Virus record (IMG/VR): IMGVR_UViG_3300047323_000676
DNA length: 64,000 nucleotides
Strand: one strand, 5' to 3'
Source: an uncultured virus (IMG/VR IMGVR_UViG_3300047323_000676)
Taxonomy: Duplodnaviria; Heunggongvirae; Uroviricota; Caudoviricetes
Part shown: piece by piece, positions 59,937 through 64,000 of the stretch
Position numbering within the stretch: the first letter of the stretch is position 1
How the letters are laid out: every line of letters begins with the position of its first letter
Notes under the pieces: model-generated
Database searches by the model: none
Told to the model about the DNA's origin: nothing
What the model saw: the letters and a program-made list of their open reading frames with translations, nothing else
Position numbers and translations under genes: made by a program

Positions 59937-60950
59937 TTAATTTGAATTTTCCATTTCACGCTCTCTATTTTCAAGCTTATTTATTTCATTTGGATCTGAT
60001 TTAACTTTTACGGCATACTGTGGAGCTAAAGTTGGATAGAATTCTGTATTAATGATTCTTTCTACTTCCTTAATTTGAACTATGAAGTTTGATAAAGTGC
60101 AAGGTCCACCATTACATCTATATGCATTTTTGGGGTCATTCAATTTTTTAGTTTTATATGTATATATTTCTTGATTAGGAATAATATAGGCAACAGTTCC
60201 ATGTACATTTGGCTGAGTGATTACCTTATAAAAATGTGTAGGAATAGCCACACCTGATTTACCCAATTTTCCATTGGTTTTCCCATTTAGATAAATTGGG
60301 CCAGTAGTAACATATAATGCATCAGCTTTTAATAAATAGCCACGGACTTCATTTTCTAGGTCTGCCCAAATTGTATTTGCTAAATTTTCACGCACCATTG
60401 GAATAGTGTTACTAAAATTAAAATGTTGTTGAATAAATTTTAATGGTTCTGTTTTTAAATCTAAAGTTTTGTTATTATAAACACTTGCCATCTGAGCAGG
60501 AGTATAAATACTGTTTAAATAATCCTCAGGATATGCCAACATGCTAGAGGGTAAGTCAGCATCAGGTTGAAACTTAGCATCGAATTCATAGTTTTTAGAG
60601 ATAAATTTTTTTCCATATAAATTTAAATGCTCAGAAGTCCAAATTGGAACTTTCAATTTTGGATCATATTGATTGGCAAAATTTCCTCGACAAATAAAAA
60701 GAGATCTAGCCATAATAACTTCATCTTTTACTCTTGGCTCTCCCCAAGTATAGTGTTTACGACATTTATTAGGTGCTGTAAATTTATCAAGGTTTTTTCC
60801 TTCACTATTATCTACTGCTTTTGCTCCTGCTTTAGTGCCAAAAATGTCCATAATAGTATTTTTGGTATCTACTGCATAAGAGCTATTAGATAATCCTAAT
60901 AAACCACACAATAAAAGATAATTAATTTTTTTATAGGTTATTCTTGCCAT
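59937..60950 (-). CDS. Exported DNA/RNA non-specific endonuclease family protein (NucA/EndoG fold), degenerate active site
   Basis: YDPKLKVPIW, F.PD, SNTIPM...N..W..LE, VTTGPIY, VAIPTHFYKV; DRGH replaced by TPAQ. Confidence 0.8.
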   Translation of the reverse strand: MARITYKKINYLLLCGLLGLSNSSYAVDTKNTIMDIFGTKAGAKAVDNSEGKNLDKFTAPNKCRKHYTWGEPRVKDEVIMARSLFICRGNFANQYDPKLKVPIWTSEHLNLYGKKFISKNYEFDAKFQPDADLPSSMLAYPEDYLNSIYTPAQMASVYNNKTLDLKTEPLKFIQQHFNFSNTIPMVRENLANTIWADLENEVRGYLLKADALYVTTGPIYLNGKTNGKLGKSGVAIPTHFYKVITQPNVHGTVAYIIPNQEIYTYKTKKLNDPKNAYRCNGGPCTLSNFIVQIKEVERIINTEFYPTLAPQYAVKVKSDPNEINKLENREREMENSN

Positions 60951-61012
60951 TTCAATATTTTCCTTGTAATTTATTTAGAATAATAAAAAAATAATTTTTC
61001 GCAAGAGTTAAA

Positions 61013-61564
61013 ATGAGCAAGAAAGACCGTAATTGGAAAGTAATATTAAATACCAATAACTATCATAGTGTATTTATCAGAAATAATCAAAATGATGATG
61101 CATTAATGTTGCTCTATAAATATTGGGATGAAATATCTAGTATTGAAGATTATGTAATGTTGGTTCCTACACTTCAAGAAAGGAAGGAATATGACATAAG
61201 TAATTATCTTAAAAAATTTGCTCCAATATTAAAATCCTTTATTGATGATAAAAATAAAAGCACATTAATTGCAGAGGAAAGTGTTTTAAATGCATTGCTA
61301 AAACATGATAAGCGCGAAAATTTTTTTAAGTTTTTGATAAAACAAAAGAAAAATATTATATTATTTTGTAATTCAAACTACGAAGAATATATTATAAATA
61401 TACCAAAGCCATATAGTTGTCTTATTTTAGAATATGATGATTGGGTTAATAGTGTAGAAGTATTTGATCGTTTTTCCGATATTAAAGAAGCGGTTGCAAA
61501 GACCTATAACCCATTTAAGAACCCAAATTTAGCTTTTAAGAAATATATTGCCGAAAAAGATTAA
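61013..61564 (+). CDS. Hypothetical protein
   Basis: 183-aa ORF. Confidence 0.55.
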   Translation: MSKKDRNWKVILNTNNYHSVFIRNNQNDDALMLLYKYWDEISSIEDYVMLVPTLQERKEYDISNYLKKFAPILKSFIDDKNKSTLIAEESVLNALLKHDKRENFFKFLIKQKKNIILFCNSNYEEYIINIPKPYSCLILEYDDWVNSVEVFDRFSDIKEAVAKTYNPFKNPNLAFKKYIAEKD

Positions 61565-62025
61565 TCAATCCATTTATTGTCTGAGCCAACAGGAAGATTA
61601 ATTTTTCCATTTGAAATAAAGAAATTTGGTGATAAAGAAAAAACTTCATTCCAAATATTATGCTGTTGTTCAGAATAAATTCTGTAAAGAATTTTTACAC
61701 GGCCAATCATTTCGCCAAAGGCTTCAATAAAACCATGATTTTTAACTTTAGAAGCACGAGTTTTTGATGTCATGATCAAATCATATAATTCATTAGTAGG
61801 ATTCTCCAAATGTTCGTAAAATTCGAATTTTTGAATAATCATAGGAGAATCAATTTGTTTTTTAAATATAACAACTTTTAGATCAATAATAACCATGATG
61901 CTAAGAGTATCTTGCTTTACATCCAACATGACGATTGCACTATCTTCCTTTCGGGCTGCATCAATACTCTGATAAAATTCAGGATATATTTTCTTGGTGA
62001 AATAAAGTTTCTTCAAAATAAACAT
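61561..62025 (-). CDS. Hypothetical protein
   Basis: 154-aa ORF. Confidence 0.55.
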   Translation of the reverse strand: MFILKKLYFTKKIYPEFYQSIDAARKEDSAIVMLDVKQDTLSIMVIIDLKVVIFKKQIDSPMIIQKFEFYEHLENPTNELYDLIMTSKTRASKVKNHGFIEAFGEMIGRVKILYRIYSEQQHNIWNEVFSLSPNFFISNGKINLPVGSDNKWID

Positions 62026-62094
62026 AATGGATATACGATAATTTAATTAATTGAATTATATATCCAATAACATAATCAGTCAATTGAATTTTGT

Positions 62095-63627
62095 TTAATA
62101 TAATTTTTTCATAGCTGATGTATCACTATTTTTTTCTCTTAGTTTTTTCATTACCCTTAAGGTTTGATTAACCACCGTTGCATTCTCAAAATATTCCCTA
62201 TTACTATTCATAATCATTTCACTTTTATAAGAAAAACAACTATCTGTAAATTTATCTTTTTTCAAAATCATTTCTGCATCTGAATCATATTTCATTCTAT
62301 TTCTTAAATCAGAAATTTTCTTATTAATATCATCATTGTTGAGCATTGGTTCATCTTTTTTTATTAGAAGTTCTAATTCTTTTTGATATTCAAATGAAAG
62401 TGTGTTGAATTTTTGTTCATATTTCATCCAATTCTTCCAATTTTTTATACTTGTGTGATTAAACATAGTACTTATTCCATCATATTCTTTATAATAGTAA
62501 TCTATTTTATTTTTTAAGTTCATAGTATATCTAGCACTATCATGGAATTTTGTATTAAATTTGTTTATAATTACTTCTTTAAAATAAGTAAAAAGCTTAC
62601 CAAATGCAGGAATGTCTTCAAGTAATATCTTTTTTTCCAAATTAGCTTTTTTAGATTCATCATATGCAACATCTAGTAATTTATATATACTACCGCCTTT
62701 TCTATATCCCAATAAACCTACAAGTGGAATTGGATCATTACTATGATAAAACTGTGTTATACGACCATCCTTATTTGAGGGAATACTATTAGGGTTTATT
62801 GGAACATCAACCCCCCTTCCTAATGCATGGTAAGCTATTGTTGCAAATTTATGATACCATTTTTTTTCTGAACCAGGAGATCCAAAAGTAAATCCCTTTA
62901 TGATTGGTTCAAAATTCTCACTTGAATTATCTTTTAAAAATTCCTGAACCATTGCCCCACCTAAGCTATGACCATTTACATGTAATTCAGTAATCTTATT
63001 AAGAGGATTATTTACATACTCCCGAATATAGTTAATAAGAGGCTTAAAGTTCTCATAATAAGCACTCATATCAAGATATGGCCCTTTAATGTATTCCATT
63101 AATCTAGAAAATTCTGTTCCTCTAAAAGTTAAATGTAAAGTATAGCCAGGTTTTTCAAAATTTTTACTTCTTAAAACACATGCATGGGCTAGACCATTAG
63201 CTGCACTGTATTGTCCATCTCTATAAGAAAAACTAACCTCATAATTGTAAGAACTTGTTGAAACTCCCTTTGCAGGGATTTTTAGTTCATGATCAGGTAT
63301 TTTTTCACAAGTATTTTTAATAAAATTCCATACTTTTAAATAATACATTTGTCCGTTATTTTTTATTGCATCTTTAAAAAATTCACTCATTTCTGGTAAT
63401 GTGCTATTTATATTTTCTATAATCCATAAATTTTTTTCATATACAGCATTAGAAAGAATAGATCCTAACATTGCTTCATCTATTTTTTCCAATTTATTAA
63501 AAACTGATTGTATTTTTTCAGCAGAGTGTGTTTTCCAATTTAACTTTAAAGCATGCTTATGGTTTTGACCATTGTTAGAATTCATTAATTCGTTATTATC
63601 ATATTTGTAAGGTGTGATTATATTCAT
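62095..63627 (-). CDS. Class 3 lipase-like alpha/beta hydrolase
   Basis: LTFRGT, GHSLGG, TFGSPG, DPIP. Confidence 0.8.
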   Translation of the reverse strand: MNIITPYKYDNNELMNSNNGQNHKHALKLNWKTHSAEKIQSVFNKLEKIDEAMLGSILSNAVYEKNLWIIENINSTLPEMSEFFKDAIKNNGQMYYLKVWNFIKNTCEKIPDHELKIPAKGVSTSSYNYEVSFSYRDGQYSAANGLAHACVLRSKNFEKPGYTLHLTFRGTEFSRLMEYIKGPYLDMSAYYENFKPLINYIREYVNNPLNKITELHVNGHSLGGAMVQEFLKDNSSENFEPIIKGFTFGSPGSEKKWYHKFATIAYHALGRGVDVPINPNSIPSNKDGRITQFYHSNDPIPLVGLLGYRKGGSIYKLLDVAYDESKKANLEKKILLEDIPAFGKLFTYFKEVIINKFNTKFHDSARYTMNLKNKIDYYYKEYDGISTMFNHTSIKNWKNWMKYEQKFNTLSFEYQKELELLIKKDEPMLNNDDINKKISDLRNRMKYDSDAEMILKKDKFTDSCFSYKSEMIMNSNREYFENATVVNQTLRVMKKLREKNSDTSAMKKLY

Positions 63628-63759
63628 ATTATCTAGTATTCCATTTATTAATTAAATTCGACAATTCATTTTGTATTTAAATATTAATTATATCTTTTTA
63701 AATACAAAATGAATTGCATCCATCGTTTCAAGATATTTCTCCATTAATCTTTTAACTTT

Positions 63760-63924
63760 TTAAATATTTCTTTTATAGTGCCATATAGTATGTGTTCCTT
63801 AATATAGTCTATTAATCTTCAAAATTGTGTTTTTCTAAAGGGAGACATCATCATGATGATTTTTACTTTTCAAAACACATATATGTGCTAATCCATTAAC
63901 AATACTATATTGTCCATCTTTAAA
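63760..63924 (-). pseudogene. Decayed fragment of a lipase paralog
   Basis: FKDGQYSIVNGLAHICVLKSKN* matches YRDGQYSAANGLAHACVLRSKN of 62095..63627. Confidence 0.65.
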
Positions 63925-63930
63925 TTTTAT

Positions 63931-64000
63931 TTAATATGCTTTTTTCATAGTTGATGTATCATGTTCTATTTTTTGTAGTTCCCTGATTTTTTCTAAAGTT
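63931..64000 (-). CDS. 3' end of a probable lipase paralog (runs off the window)
   Basis: ...TLEKIRELQKIEHDTSTMKKAY* resembles KKLREKNSDTSAMKKLY*. Confidence 0.55.
   Translation of the reverse strand, partial: TLEKIRELQKIEHDTSTMKKAY

Noticed and set aside
908..60893. Other short overlapping ORFs (908, 3850, 4156, 4910, 20169, 21026, 22517, 31014, 34470, 37324, 39222, 47600, 49432, 53694, 58659, 58901, 60627)
   Set aside because: They overlap better-supported genes on the opposite strand and have no recognisable motifs.

Overview
Very AT-rich, gene-dense window (standard code 11, sigma70-type promoters, Shine-Dalgarno sites, rho-independent terminators). It looks like part of a jumbo phage or other large extrachromosomal element rather than an ordinary bacterial chromosome: orphan nrdA, glyA, Sir2, nucleotidyltransferase, TatA-like and NUMOD3/PD-(D/E)xK genes with no normal operon context. 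That assignment is inference, as no hallmark virion genes are present. Main finding 1: a minus-strand operon (about 23275-25805) of eight tRNA genes that are all tRNA-Ser and together cover all six Ser anticodons (GGA, AGA, GCT x2, TGA x2, ACT, CGA), plus one degenerate copy. It is preceded by a promoter, an unannotated 24-aa leader peptide with ten consecutive Ser codons, and mutually exclusive antiterminator/terminator stems. This is an apparent ribosome-mediated, seryl-tRNA-sensing attenuator controlling tRNA genes. Main finding 2: more than 50 proteins from unrelated families (DUF4116, DUF285/BspA-like, a 40-gene array of small helical/ankyrin-like paralogs, large helical proteins) end in the same tail, LxxEL...L-x(5-9)-K-x-x-K-[ILV]-stop, suggesting a shared C-terminal targeting signal. 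A ~2 kb mostly non-coding region (44600-46760) has DnaA-box-like sites and a candidate structured RNA.
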